Below, piece by piece: positions 35,261 to 43,180 of a stretch of 43,180 bases of DNA. Position 1 is the first letter of the stretch, and the number at the start of each line of letters is the position of its first letter. Position numbers and translations under genes: made by a program. Source of the DNA: a virus (lineage: Duplodnaviria > Caudoviricetes); IMG/VR virus record IMGVR_UViG_3300020711_000016, positions 1-43,180 of that record; one strand, 5' to 3'. The notes under the pieces were generated by a model, which had not been told where the DNA came from, ran no database searches, and saw only the letters and a program-made list of their open reading frames with translations.

Positions 35261-35270
35261 AGGTGAGAAG

Positions 35271-35405
35271 ATGACTAACAAACATAGCATTTCATACACA
35301 CAACTACGTAACGAGGAATGGATAGCAACCCGAAATCAGTTGGCAGTATGGGTAGGTTTGACCGCAGTTCTATTTATGGGGATATATATCGGGGTGAATA
35401 TATGA
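35271..35405 (+). CDS. 44-aa single-TM protein (not in ORF track)
   Basis: MTNKHSISYTQLRNEEWIATRNQLAVWVGLTAVLFMGIYIGVNI; ATGA overlap with the next gene. Confidence 0.65.
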   Translation: MTNKHSISYTQLRNEEWIATRNQLAVWVGLTAVLFMGIYIGVNI

Positions 35406-35599
35406 AAGCCCAAGTTAATGCCAAACATAATGCCCGAGTTAATACCCCATTACATCAGTCCCACCAATATTTCTGCACCGAATGTGTAGGTGGTTTAGTT
35501 AGTAAGTTAATGGTAGAAACCTTCAACAAAGCCAAGATGAAGCCATTATGTAATGCCTGTTTTAACCATAAATACCCTGAACACTTAATAACGGAGTAA
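35402..35599 (+). CDS. Small CxxC...CxxC zinc-finger protein
   Basis: CTEC...CNAC; start ATG 35402 with GGGG upstream. Confidence 0.6.
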   Translation: MKAQVNAKHNARVNTPLHQSHQYFCTECVGGLVSKLMVETFNKAKMKPLCNACFNHKYPEHLITE

Positions 35600-35602
35600 C
35601 TC

Positions 35603-35776
35603 ATGACTAAGAACGAGAAACTAGTTGCCTATATAGAAACAACTGAAAACGCCCGTAAGTCTTATATCGATTCAGACTTTGATAGCGATAACACAGAGCA
35701 TGAAGAAATCTATATCGCTGGGTATGTAGCCCATTGGAGAGAATCATTGAGCGAGGTAGAGCGCTGTGTCGAATAA
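35603..35776 (+). CDS. 57-aa acidic hypothetical protein (not in ORF track)
   Basis: GGAG RBS; MTKNEKLVAYIETTENARKSYIDSDFDSDNTEHEEIYIAGYVAHWRESLSEVERCVE. Confidence 0.65.
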   Translation: MTKNEKLVAYIETTENARKSYIDSDFDSDNTEHEEIYIAGYVAHWRESLSEVERCVE

Positions 35777-36173
35777 CAAACCTCACACAGTTAGCCAAGT
35801 TATGTGGGAACTCATGAGTGCGGAGCAACAGCAATCGATCATGTACCAAGAACTTATAGCGAGGCTAACTAGTAGGAAAGACCTAATGAAACCAGACCAC
35901 AGAACCAGAACCTTAGTAGTTAAACCCATCGAACCTAAGCCACAACTAGATAACCCAAACACATGGAGCATAGCAACACTTAATAACCCAACGTATGAAT
36001 ACCTAGACTCACCCCAAGCCTTAGCCCATCGCATCCATGTATGTATGTTAGATACGTTCTTTGCACTTAATGATGTAGATGACGAGGTATCCAGAGCTAG
36101 GGCGAGGCTATCACTAAGCGAAGCACTCTATCTATATGAAGGTAAAGAGTTCAAAGGAGAACTATATGAGTAG
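35766..36173 (+). CDS. Hypothetical protein
   Basis: GTG start with GAGG upstream; tightly packed with neighbours. Confidence 0.65.
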   Translation: MSNNKPHTVSQVMWELMSAEQQQSIMYQELIARLTSRKDLMKPDHRTRTLVVKPIEPKPQLDNPNTWSIATLNNPTYEYLDSPQALAHRIHVCMLDTFFALNDVDDEVSRARARLSLSEALYLYEGKEFKGELYE

Positions 36174-36432
36174 GACTAATGCACTACAGAAAGAAGAGTT
36201 TTGGCAGGATGAGTTACTAGAGCCTAACTACCCCGAGTATGCACCTGATATATGGGATGAATACTTCCAGTCACGTGAGCACCGTATCAATGTACTAACC
36301 GAGTCAGCGTTCTATGCACTACTGGAGAAAGACGATAAGGCAACGTGCTTGGAGTTATTAAGCGAAGCCTTGGTATTACAGACCGATACATTTCAATCAC
36401 CTGTCATAGAACGCACCCATGGAACTAACTGA
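36166..36432 (+). CDS. Acidic hypothetical protein, partial paralog of the upstream gene
   Basis: AAGGAG RBS before ATG 36166; shares an HRI.V....F.AL...DD...LSEAL.L motif with 35766..36173. Confidence 0.7.
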   Translation: MSRTNALQKEEFWQDELLEPNYPEYAPDIWDEYFQSREHRINVLTESAFYALLEKDDKATCLELLSEALVLQTDTFQSPVIERTHGTN

Positions 36433-36682
36433 AGCAGATAAAGCAACGCTAATTGAATGGGTGAAGCTAGGTAAAACACCAGAATTTAAAAAGCTAGCGC
36501 ACACCAAAGAGTTTATAGATGCAATCTTGAGAATGTCCGAGCAGTACGGTAAACAGTGTTTCTATAACTATATAGACGACGCCCTACGCTCACAAGGTAT
36601 TGAAGTAAAACCGCAAGTAAACCCGAAGTATGGATGGATAAGAGATAAGCCGTTACTAATGGAGGTTAAACCATGCCAATGA
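36419..36682 (+). CDS. Hypothetical protein
   Basis: 87 aa; overlaps both neighbours in operon fashion. Confidence 0.65.
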   Translation: MELTEADKATLIEWVKLGKTPEFKKLAHTKEFIDAILRMSEQYGKQCFYNYIDDALRSQGIEVKPQVNPKYGWIRDKPLLMEVKPCQ

Positions 36683-36855
36683 TTACCGTAAGAATTAAGA
36701 ATGTGTATGGCGAAGATAAGTACTACCCCGTGTGTGAGATGGCTAAGTTATTCGCAAGGATAGCCCACCAAACCACACTAACAGCCGCAAATATAAAGAT
36801 GATTAAAGAGTATGGATATGCAGTAGATGTAGAGCAACAAGAACTAACAGTCTAA
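36673..36855 (+). CDS. Small phage hypothetical protein
   Basis: GGAGG RBS; KNVYG...YPVCE.AKLFA.IA...TLT pattern. Confidence 0.75.
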   Translation: MPMITVRIKNVYGEDKYYPVCEMAKLFARIAHQTTLTAANIKMIKEYGYAVDVEQQELTV

Positions 36856-36881
36856 CTAGCACCCCCAAATGAAGGACTTGT

Positions 36882-37214
36882 ATGGCAAAAATCACTAACA
36901 ACGAAGCACGTAGCTATGTAATGCGTAAGGAGAACTTTGACACCGTTAACGAAACGATGTTTGCTAAGACTATTGAAGATCACAAAGCGCATACCTACAC
37001 AGTTTATTCGTATGGGCATCACTTCCCAATGTATGTCTATGACTACAAGACAGGCGAGTGGTACGGCAATAAGGATAAGTTTAGTAGGACAACAAGTAAG
37101 CACCAATCAATAGCTAAACCCCATGGGGTTGATACATGGTTTGACACAAAAATGCTTAACCGTATCAGCTTGGTTGGATTAACAGGATTAGTAGAACAAA
37201 GATTAGCAGCATAA
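36882..37214 (+). CDS. Phage hypothetical protein
   Basis: AAGGA RBS; YTVYSYG.HFP...N.DK.S.TTSKHQ motif. Confidence 0.75.
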   Translation: MAKITNNEARSYVMRKENFDTVNETMFAKTIEDHKAHTYTVYSYGHHFPMYVYDYKTGEWYGNKDKFSRTTSKHQSIAKPHGVDTWFDTKMLNRISLVGLTGLVEQRLAA

Positions 37215-37230
37215 CCCAATAGGAACCCCC

Positions 37231-38217
37231 ATGAAATTCTCAGACCTTGAAATTAGTATTAAAGCGCAATTTGAATCAGGCCATAAAGTACCGTTTATGT
37301 TACTTGGTGCACCAGGCGGAGGTAAGTCTGCCCTCGCCCGTAAGATAGGAAAGGATATGGGATTTGATAATGTAGTCGAGTTCAATGCCTCACTCCGTGA
37401 CCCTGTTGATTTGCTTGGCACACCGAATAACAACGGAGAAACTACGAAGTGGATCAAGCCAGATGACTTAGCCGTATTAGAGTCGGGTCGTAACCTGTTA
37501 ATCATTGAAGAGATTACTGACTGTATTGCCTCAATGCAGAACGCCTTATGCGGATTGATCTATGACGGAAGTGTAGGCAACCTTCACCTATCACAAGACA
37601 CCTACATTATTGCCTCTGGTAATCGTACCGAAGATAAGTCAGGCGCTAATCGCTTAAGCACTAAGTTAGCTAATCGTATGCGTATCTTAGACTTTGATGT
37701 AAACACCAATGACTTTGTAGATTACTGGCTTACCAACGGCATGGACTTAGTGCAGATTCAGTTCTTACGATTCCGTGAGTCTTTGATCTCAGCGTTTGAC
37801 CCTAATGCAAGAGTATCTCCTACTCCTAGAGCTTGGGAGCGGGTGTCTAAGATCCCTACTAACTTGCGTAGTGATTTGTACTTTGCCAATGTAGCTGGTG
37901 ATGTGGGTGAAGGTGCTGCCGCTGAGTTCGTAGCGTTCCGTCAGATCTATCAGAACTTACCTAACTTAGATGAGTTGATGATGCACCCAAGCAAGGCTGA
38001 AGTACCTACCAAGATGGATGTGTTGTATGCGCTTACTGGTGCTATTGCCAACCGTATTGATAAAGATAACTTTGACCGAGTAATTGAGTTCATTGATCGT
38101 ATGCCCCCTGAGTTCTCAGTAATGTGCGTATCAGATGCGATGCGTCTTAAGCCTGAGATCAAGCAGACTAAAGCGTTCGTTAAATGGGCAGTATCTAACT
38201 CTGGATTGGTAATCTAA
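37231..38217 (+). CDS. MoxR-like AAA+ ATPase
   Basis: Walker A GAPGGGKS, DPVDLLGTP, Walker B LLIIEEI, IIASGNR.EDKSG, LANR, PTPRAWE. Confidence 0.9.
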   Translation: MKFSDLEISIKAQFESGHKVPFMLLGAPGGGKSALARKIGKDMGFDNVVEFNASLRDPVDLLGTPNNNGETTKWIKPDDLAVLESGRNLLIIEEITDCIASMQNALCGLIYDGSVGNLHLSQDTYIIASGNRTEDKSGANRLSTKLANRMRILDFDVNTNDFVDYWLTNGMDLVQIQFLRFRESLISAFDPNARVSPTPRAWERVSKIPTNLRSDLYFANVAGDVGEGAAAEFVAFRQIYQNLPNLDELMMHPSKAEVPTKMDVLYALTGAIANRIDKDNFDRVIEFIDRMPPEFSVMCVSDAMRLKPEIKQTKAFVKWAVSNSGLVI

Positions 38218-38526
38218 ATGAGCGAAGAGAACCTAGACATTAAGGTAACACTTAACCAGCAAGAGGTTATGACTAACCTAAACAATGCTGTAGCCCATGT
38301 GCTTAAATCAGAAATGATTAAGTCAGTTAGAGACGAATGGAAAGGCTATCACTTTGAACATGAGATGAGTAAGAAGCTCAGAGAAATCATGCTTGAAGAA
38401 GGCGAGAAAGTAATTAGAGAAATCTTAGCTGACTTTGAACTCATGAAAAAACGTGTTGAAGAACAAGTCTATCGCTCTATGTCAGCAAGAGTAGCTAAGA
38501 CTATCAAACGAATGGAGGAAATATAA
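38218..38526 (+). CDS. Hypothetical helical protein
   Basis: 102 aa; abuts the AAA stop codon. Confidence 0.7.
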   Translation: MSEENLDIKVTLNQQEVMTNLNNAVAHVLKSEMIKSVRDEWKGYHFEHEMSKKLREIMLEEGEKVIREILADFELMKKRVEEQVYRSMSARVAKTIKRMEEI

Positions 38527-39120
38527 ATGCAACCACAACAAGCGCAAGTAGTAGTTAACGACTACTGGGATTTCTACCGAGTAATGAAACATAACTGTAT
38601 TACAGATACAACCGTTACATGGGACTTAGGCAAGCTAAGCAAGATCAGCAAGAACCGTGTAATTAAATGGATTGATATTGGTAGTACACCATTTAGAGGT
38701 GGACAAGCTGCAGAAGCATATAACAAAGTGATCGAATATGTAGGTGTACCTAAGATCATAATCCCTGATGGATTAAGTAAGTTTAAGTCTAGTAACTACT
38801 ATGACTTTAAAACTATCGAATTTAACGGGGTTAATGAAGAGATATACAACCACTTAAATGATCTATATAAAGCGCAAAGAGTTATCTACAGGCTAGAGCA
38901 CGGTGTTGACCACGGATATTTTAAATGGCACTACCCAAATGAAAATCTTTCAGCGAACGCTAAGAACCTATACATAGCTAGTGCATGTGACACAAAAGAA
39001 CTAAAGAAAGCAGTTAAAAAGCTGATGGATAGTAATGAGTTTGTTAAGCGTATTGAACATGCAAAGGAGTTAGTAAGTTCAGGAGGAAAAATCCAAATTG
39101 CAATTAAGAAAGCACATTAA
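38527..39120 (+). CDS. Hypothetical protein
   Basis: 197 aa with GGAGG RBS. Confidence 0.75.
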   Translation: MQPQQAQVVVNDYWDFYRVMKHNCITDTTVTWDLGKLSKISKNRVIKWIDIGSTPFRGGQAAEAYNKVIEYVGVPKIIIPDGLSKFKSSNYYDFKTIEFNGVNEEIYNHLNDLYKAQRVIYRLEHGVDHGYFKWHYPNENLSANAKNLYIASACDTKELKKAVKKLMDSNEFVKRIEHAKELVSSGGKIQIAIKKAH

Positions 39121-39121
39121 T

Positions 39122-40012
39122 ATGAACACACCACAAGTAACACCACTCAATGCTAAGGCTATGTTAGTTAAGCTAACAGTACGACGGGCTAACCTAACCA
39201 AACGTGACACCTTTGCGGAAGCGGTTATCCAGCAAGAGATGGGCGATGGTAGCTTGATCGTTAGTAGTAAGTTGTTTCGTGATACCAGTAACCCTGTTAA
39301 TCAAATCATGTCTCGGGCTTCTCTTGTGTATACAACACACAAAACTAACACCATACCTTATGTAGATAAGGGCCCAAGGATGCTTCCGAATGGGTATTAC
39401 ATGGAGTACTCGAAGATGATGCGTGACTTGATAAGCTCAGTGGATGAGCTACTTAATAAGCACATGCCTAACTACGATACATATGTACAGCTTGATATTG
39501 CTACTCGTCAGCGTAACGCTGATCCTACTAAGCCTAGTCGTGCGTCAGTTAAGGACTACCCAACGGCTGAAGAGTTTAGAGAGAAGATGGGATTTGATCT
39601 ACGGTTTACCCCCCTTCCTGATTCATCACACTTCTTATTCGATGTAAGTGATAGTGACAAGCAAGCTCTATCTAATGCTGTTAAGGAAGCTGAGCAATTA
39701 GCCCGTGCAGATAACATTAAGCGCATGCTTGAACCACTAACACATTTAGTAGATAAGTTAAATAAGCCAATTGGTACGGAGGGTGCGATCTTTCGTGATA
39801 CAGCAATTACTAATGTGGTCGAAGGCTTAGAGATGGCACGTAAGTTGAACATTGACGACAACCAAGAACTCAATCAAGTTATCAATCACCTGTCACAATC
39901 ATTCACGATTTACAACCAGCACAAAGATGTATTGCGTGAATCACCAGTAGTACGTATGCAAGCAGCAAGTAAGTTAGATGCTATTGCTAAACAAATGCAA
40001 GGATTCTTTTAA
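39122..40012 (+). CDS. DUF3150-like helical protein that accompanies AAA / vWA pairs
   Basis: AMLVKLTVRR...SKLF...T.PY.D.GPR.LP...DYPTAEE...F...F.PLP...IFRD. Likely start is ATG 39122. The family call rests on recalled pattern and synteny. Confidence 0.55.
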   Translation: MNTPQVTPLNAKAMLVKLTVRRANLTKRDTFAEAVIQQEMGDGSLIVSSKLFRDTSNPVNQIMSRASLVYTTHKTNTIPYVDKGPRMLPNGYYMEYSKMMRDLISSVDELLNKHMPNYDTYVQLDIATRQRNADPTKPSRASVKDYPTAEEFREKMGFDLRFTPLPDSSHFLFDVSDSDKQALSNAVKEAEQLARADNIKRMLEPLTHLVDKLNKPIGTEGAIFRDTAITNVVEGLEMARKLNIDDNQELNQVINHLSQSFTIYNQHKDVLRESPVVRMQAASKLDAIAKQMQGFF

Positions 40013-40209
40013 TGGATAACACACTAAGTTTCGCCCTAGCATGGGCAATTACAGCAAGCCTATCTACTATCTACTACGTAAGAAGAACTACTAAGCTAAT
40101 ACATATATGTGATGCTTGTATGTTGGGCTTTAAAGCAATAGCAGAAGGCAACGCAACCATATCACTAACCAAAGATGGTATTCGCATAAAGGGTAAAGAT
40201 AGTGAATAG
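40012..40209 (+). CDS. Small membrane protein
   Basis: N-terminal hydrophobic helix; TAATG overlap with the upstream gene. Confidence 0.65.
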   Translation: MDNTLSFALAWAITASLSTIYYVRRTTKLIHICDACMLGFKAIAEGNATISLTKDGIRIKGKDSE

Positions 40210-40381
40210 CAAGCAAAGACGCAAGCTAGGCAGAAAGCATAAAGAAAATATCCGTATGTTACGGATAGTTAATAGGTTAGAAGGCGGGGATGGTTTTAAT
40301 GCATTTACTAACTATGAAATAGCAAGAGATCAAGTATTTATGAAATCAATGGGCTTAATACAAAAGGTTAAATTCACATGA
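40202..40381 (+). CDS. 59-aa basic protein (not in ORF track)
   Basis: GTG start; MNSKQRRKLGRKHKENIRMLRIVNRLEGG...; ends in an ATGA overlap with the vWA gene. Confidence 0.6.
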   Translation: MNSKQRRKLGRKHKENIRMLRIVNRLEGGDGFNAFTNYEIARDQVFMKSMGLIQKVKFT

Positions 40382-41496
40382 GACAAGCAACGAAGTTAGA
40401 TAAAGCAAAAGTAGCTATTGGCTTAGATGCGCCATTTTTCGCCTCGATTTTGTACAAGCGTAAGTTAGTTGCTCGTAATGATATCCCTACCCTAGCGGTA
40501 TCGGATCGTGGAACTATTTATTACAACGAAGAATTCATTGAGTCTTTACCAGTACAGCAGATTGTATGGGGTTTAGCGCATGAAGTCGGACACGTCATTA
40601 ACCAGACTGCACTACGCCAAGGCAAGCGTGACCATAAGAAGTGGAACTATGCGACTGATGCTTGGATCAACGACACGTTAGATGAGTGCGGTGTAGGTCA
40701 GCGTATCCCAAACTGTATTGATATGAAAGGCTCAAAAGATAAGACCTCTGAGCAAATCTATGACGAGTTACCTGATATGCCTAATGGTGGTGGTAGCTAT
40801 ATGGATGGTGATGGTATGGGCGATGATGTAATTATCGAAGGTAGTCCCATGACTGAATCAGAGATGGCTGAGGCTGAAGGTCAGATGAAAGTTGAGTTGG
40901 CAGAAGCTGCACAAGTTGCCAAGATGCGTGGCAAGCTCCCAGGTAAGTTAGCCCAGTTCGTTAACGACCGTATCAATTCCAAGATTCCTTGGTATGAGCA
41001 CCTCGAGAAATACATGACTGGCTTAACTGCGTCTGATTACACATGGACACGTCCTAACCGTCGTCATATCGGGGCTGGTGTATACATGCCATCAACAGGC
41101 AAAGTACCTACTATGGGTGAGTTAGCTATTCAAGTAGACATTAGCGGTTCAATTAGTAAGCAAGAGATCGCTCATTACAACGGACACCTGAAACGTATTG
41201 TCGAGCAATGCACACCTGAGAAAGTCCACGTTATTTACACCGATACTCAAGTACAAAAGTATGAGGTATTTGATGCTGGTGAAGAGATCGAGATCAAGTT
41301 CTATTCAGGCGGTGGCACTTGTATGGAGAACGGCTTTAAATACTTAGAAGAAAACGGTATAAATCCGTTAGTATGTGTTACACTAACCGATGGGTTCGAT
41401 AGTTACACAGAAGCTCCTAACTTCAATACAGTCTGGTGTGTAAGTAGCGACCAAGTACCCCCGTATGGGGATGTTATTCACTTTGATATGGATTAG
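40378..41496 (+). CDS. DUF2201-like metallopeptidase-vWA protein
   Basis: LAHEVGH zincin motif, WNYATD..IN, W.RPNRR, MIDAS VDISGS, GGGT, LTDG. Confidence 0.9.
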   Translation: MRQATKLDKAKVAIGLDAPFFASILYKRKLVARNDIPTLAVSDRGTIYYNEEFIESLPVQQIVWGLAHEVGHVINQTALRQGKRDHKKWNYATDAWINDTLDECGVGQRIPNCIDMKGSKDKTSEQIYDELPDMPNGGGSYMDGDGMGDDVIIEGSPMTESEMAEAEGQMKVELAEAAQVAKMRGKLPGKLAQFVNDRINSKIPWYEHLEKYMTGLTASDYTWTRPNRRHIGAGVYMPSTGKVPTMGELAIQVDISGSISKQEIAHYNGHLKRIVEQCTPEKVHVIYTDTQVQKYEVFDAGEEIEIKFYSGGGTCMENGFKYLEENGINPLVCVTLTDGFDSYTEAPNFNTVWCVSSDQVPPYGDVIHFDMD

Positions 41497-41498
41497 TT

Positions 41499-42059
41499 AT
41501 GGGCATATGGGTAGATATTAGTGGTAAACGGTATGGTTTGTTAGTAGTTAAGGAGTACTTAGGGGGTAGCAAGTGGAGAAGTATATGCGACTGTGGTGGA
41601 GAGTCCGTAACAGTAACCAACCACCTGAAAAGTGGAAACACAACTTCATGTGGATGCCGTAAAAAAAGTGTGCTGGGGGAATCAACTACTAAGCACGGCA
41701 TGGCTGGCACACCTACCCATCGAACATGGAAAGCTATGCGTAATAGGTGTAACAACCCAAATACCCCCCGATATAAAGACTATGGTGGTAGAGGTATTAC
41801 GGTATGCGAGCGGTGGGATAAGTTCGAGAACTTCTTAATAGATATGGGGGAAAGACCAGAAGGCATGAGTATCGATAGAGTAGACAACAACAAGGGCTAT
41901 TCAAAAAGTAATTGCAAGTGGGCAACAGGTAAAGAACAGAGGGCTAATATGAGAGATTCAATCATAGTTAACGGTAAATCGCTGACACAAATAGCTAGCA
42001 AACTAGGAATCACCTATCATGCTGCCTACAAACGACTCAAGAAAAATAGACTGGAGTAA
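41499..42059 (+). CDS. HNH-type homing endonuclease-like protein with C-terminal HTH
   Basis: CDCG...SCGC...RCNNPN...YGGRGITVCERW...SIDRVDNNKGYSKSNCKWAT. Confidence 0.85.
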   Translation: MGIWVDISGKRYGLLVVKEYLGGSKWRSICDCGGESVTVTNHLKSGNTTSCGCRKKSVLGESTTKHGMAGTPTHRTWKAMRNRCNNPNTPRYKDYGGRGITVCERWDKFENFLIDMGERPEGMSIDRVDNNKGYSKSNCKWATGKEQRANMRDSIIVNGKSLTQIASKLGITYHAAYKRLKKNRLE

Positions 42060-42061
42060 GT

Positions 42062-42274
42062 ATGACTAATGAGGATATGGAGAGACGAGGGCTTACTTGG
42101 CATGAAGGTAAGTGGCTTACAGGTAAGCAACTCTTAAAGTTAGTAGAAGAGACAAGGCAACATAGAAAAGCTATGACTTTGGAAGTAAGCATAAGAGCGA
42201 AATTTATAAATTTTATGCATCTCGAAGATGAGTTTACAGCATGGAGAGTAACTAACAGAATGGAGGCAGCATGA
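42062..42274 (+). CDS. Hypothetical protein
   Basis: GGAG RBS; 70 aa. Confidence 0.7.
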   Translation: MTNEDMERRGLTWHEGKWLTGKQLLKLVEETRQHRKAMTLEVSIRAKFINFMHLEDEFTAWRVTNRMEAA

Positions 42275-42495
42275 CTAACCATGAATGGATTTACTACATA
42301 GGAGGATCATGTGGATTTAAAAACCGTGGCACTAGAAAAGTAGACGCAAGGATTGAACATAGAGATCAAGATGTATATGAAGCGTTAATAGTAAGGCGCA
42401 ACAACGGGGAAGTTAGTGGGTATTTTCCACTTGGAATATTTAATAACACAACTGACGCAGAGAGCGTAATAGAAAAGGCGTATGGGTATGACTGA
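42271..42495 (+). CDS. Hypothetical protein
   Basis: GGAGG RBS; ATGA overlap with the upstream gene. Confidence 0.7.
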   Translation: MTNHEWIYYIGGSCGFKNRGTRKVDARIEHRDQDVYEALIVRRNNGEVSGYFPLGIFNNTTDAESVIEKAYGYD

Positions 42496-42655
42496 GCTAG
42501 AAAAGAAACTGCTTAACTGCTTAATGGAACTATATGTACAAGTAGATGAAGACTGCCTACACGAATTCCGAACTAGACATTTACACGATGCAATTGAAGA
42601 AGCAAGATGCTTAATAGATGAAACGATTCAACTTACTAAAAGGCTACCAACATGA
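42488..42655 (+). CDS. 55-aa hypothetical protein (not in ORF track)
   Basis: MTELEKKLLNCLMELYVQVDEDCLHEFRTRHLHDAIEEARCLIDETIQLTKRLPT; fills the gap with overlaps at both ends. Confidence 0.6.
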   Translation: MTELEKKLLNCLMELYVQVDEDCLHEFRTRHLHDAIEEARCLIDETIQLTKRLPT

Positions 42656-42969
42656 ACACGTATAAAACATTACTACTATCAATGTTACTAACAGGCATTG
42701 TGTATGCACAAGCACCACGCACTACATTCTTTAATGATCAATATGGGATGCCACAAGGTAGCGCAACGCAATCAGGTAATACAACATTCTTTAATAACCA
42801 ATACGGTATGCCCACAGGATCAGCAACACAGTCAGGTAATACCACATTCCTAAACGATTCATACGGAATGCCCATTGGTAGCTCAACTAGTACACCAAGT
42901 ATGCCAAGTTATCCACAGCCTATCCAACCTATTGCACCTATTCAACCACTACAACCAAGTTGGAGATAA
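42652..42969 (+). CDS. Secreted/periplasmic protein with three 20-aa repeats and a Pro/Gln tail
   Basis: Signal-peptide-like MNTYKTLLLSMLLTGIVYA; TTFFNDQYGMPQGSATQSGN-type unit three times; QPIQPIAPIQPLQP tail. Confidence 0.8.
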   Translation: MNTYKTLLLSMLLTGIVYAQAPRTTFFNDQYGMPQGSATQSGNTTFFNNQYGMPTGSATQSGNTTFLNDSYGMPIGSSTSTPSMPSYPQPIQPIAPIQPLQPSWR

Positions 42970-42971
42970 GT

Positions 42972-43180
42972 ATGGATACACAGGAACTACTTGAAAAGAA
43001 TAGGTATTTCAATGTCGATTACGACTGGTGGGAAGATGAATACAGCCTATTTATGGATAAGATGGAAGAGCGTGGAATTACTATCTTAAGCCCTAAAGAT
43101 ATCTGCTTTAGTGGGTTTTGTAGTCAGGGCGATGGGGCTAGCTTTACGGGCTACATCCACAGGACAGACCTATCACGCTT
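42972..43180 (+). CDS. Partial phage protein with FSGFxSQGDGASF motif (runs off the window)
   Basis: GGAG RBS; MDTQELLEKNRYFNVDYDWWEDEY...ICFSGFCSQGDGASFTG; open to the window end. Confidence 0.7.
   Translation, partial: MDTQELLEKNRYFNVDYDWWEDEYSLFMDKMEERGITILSPKDICFSGFCSQGDGASFTGYIHRTDLSR

Noticed and set aside
34430-35270. CRISPR mini-array
   Set aside because: The repeats are 7-17 bp, irregularly spaced and in both orientations, with no constant repeat-spacer period.
33550-35270. tRNA genes or an integrase/att site in the intergenic region
   Set aside because: No cloverleaf with a T-loop motif was recognised and no integrase is present in the window, so lifestyle cannot be determined here.
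35607-42282. Short minus-strand ORFs in the early arm (35607, 35783, 36852, 37203, 37950, 38574, 39556, 41474, 42037)
   Set aside because: They are antisense to tightly packed plus-strand genes, most of which have clear RBSs or start-stop overlaps.

Overview
This window is a 43-kb segment of a tailed dsDNA phage genome with podovirus-like gene content (no tape measure, sheath or long-tail tube recognised). It has two divergent arms that meet in a largely non-coding region at about 33.55-35.27 kb. The minus strand (33536 down to 1) carries the late module in this order: HNH-GNAT-HNH, small basic proteins, an unannotated 49-aa ribbon-helix-helix (RHH) gene, terminase small and large subunits, portal, scaffold, major capsid, three adaptor-like genes, tail fibres with chaperones, an embedded lysis cassette (DUF6127-like, holin, GH108 endolysin), nozzle, a GNAT, two ejection proteins and a giant polyvalent protein. 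That giant protein (>2550 aa, two zincin motifs plus a PLxRFG domain) is absent from the ORF track because it runs off the window edge. The plus strand (33946 onward) carries small early genes, an AAA ATPase / DUF3150-like / metallopeptidase-vWA module and an HNH. The main unexplained signals are: (i) an intergenic 12-mer TACATACTAACA with four exact copies plus variants, which may be the RHH operator; (ii) a doubly repeated hairpin element in the scaffold 5' UTR; (iii) a boxA-plus-hairpins leader; (iv) an AATAATT repeat array; and (v) a possible overprinted gene inside the giant protein. All family names come from motif recognition by eye, not from database searches. The host cannot be determined from this window.
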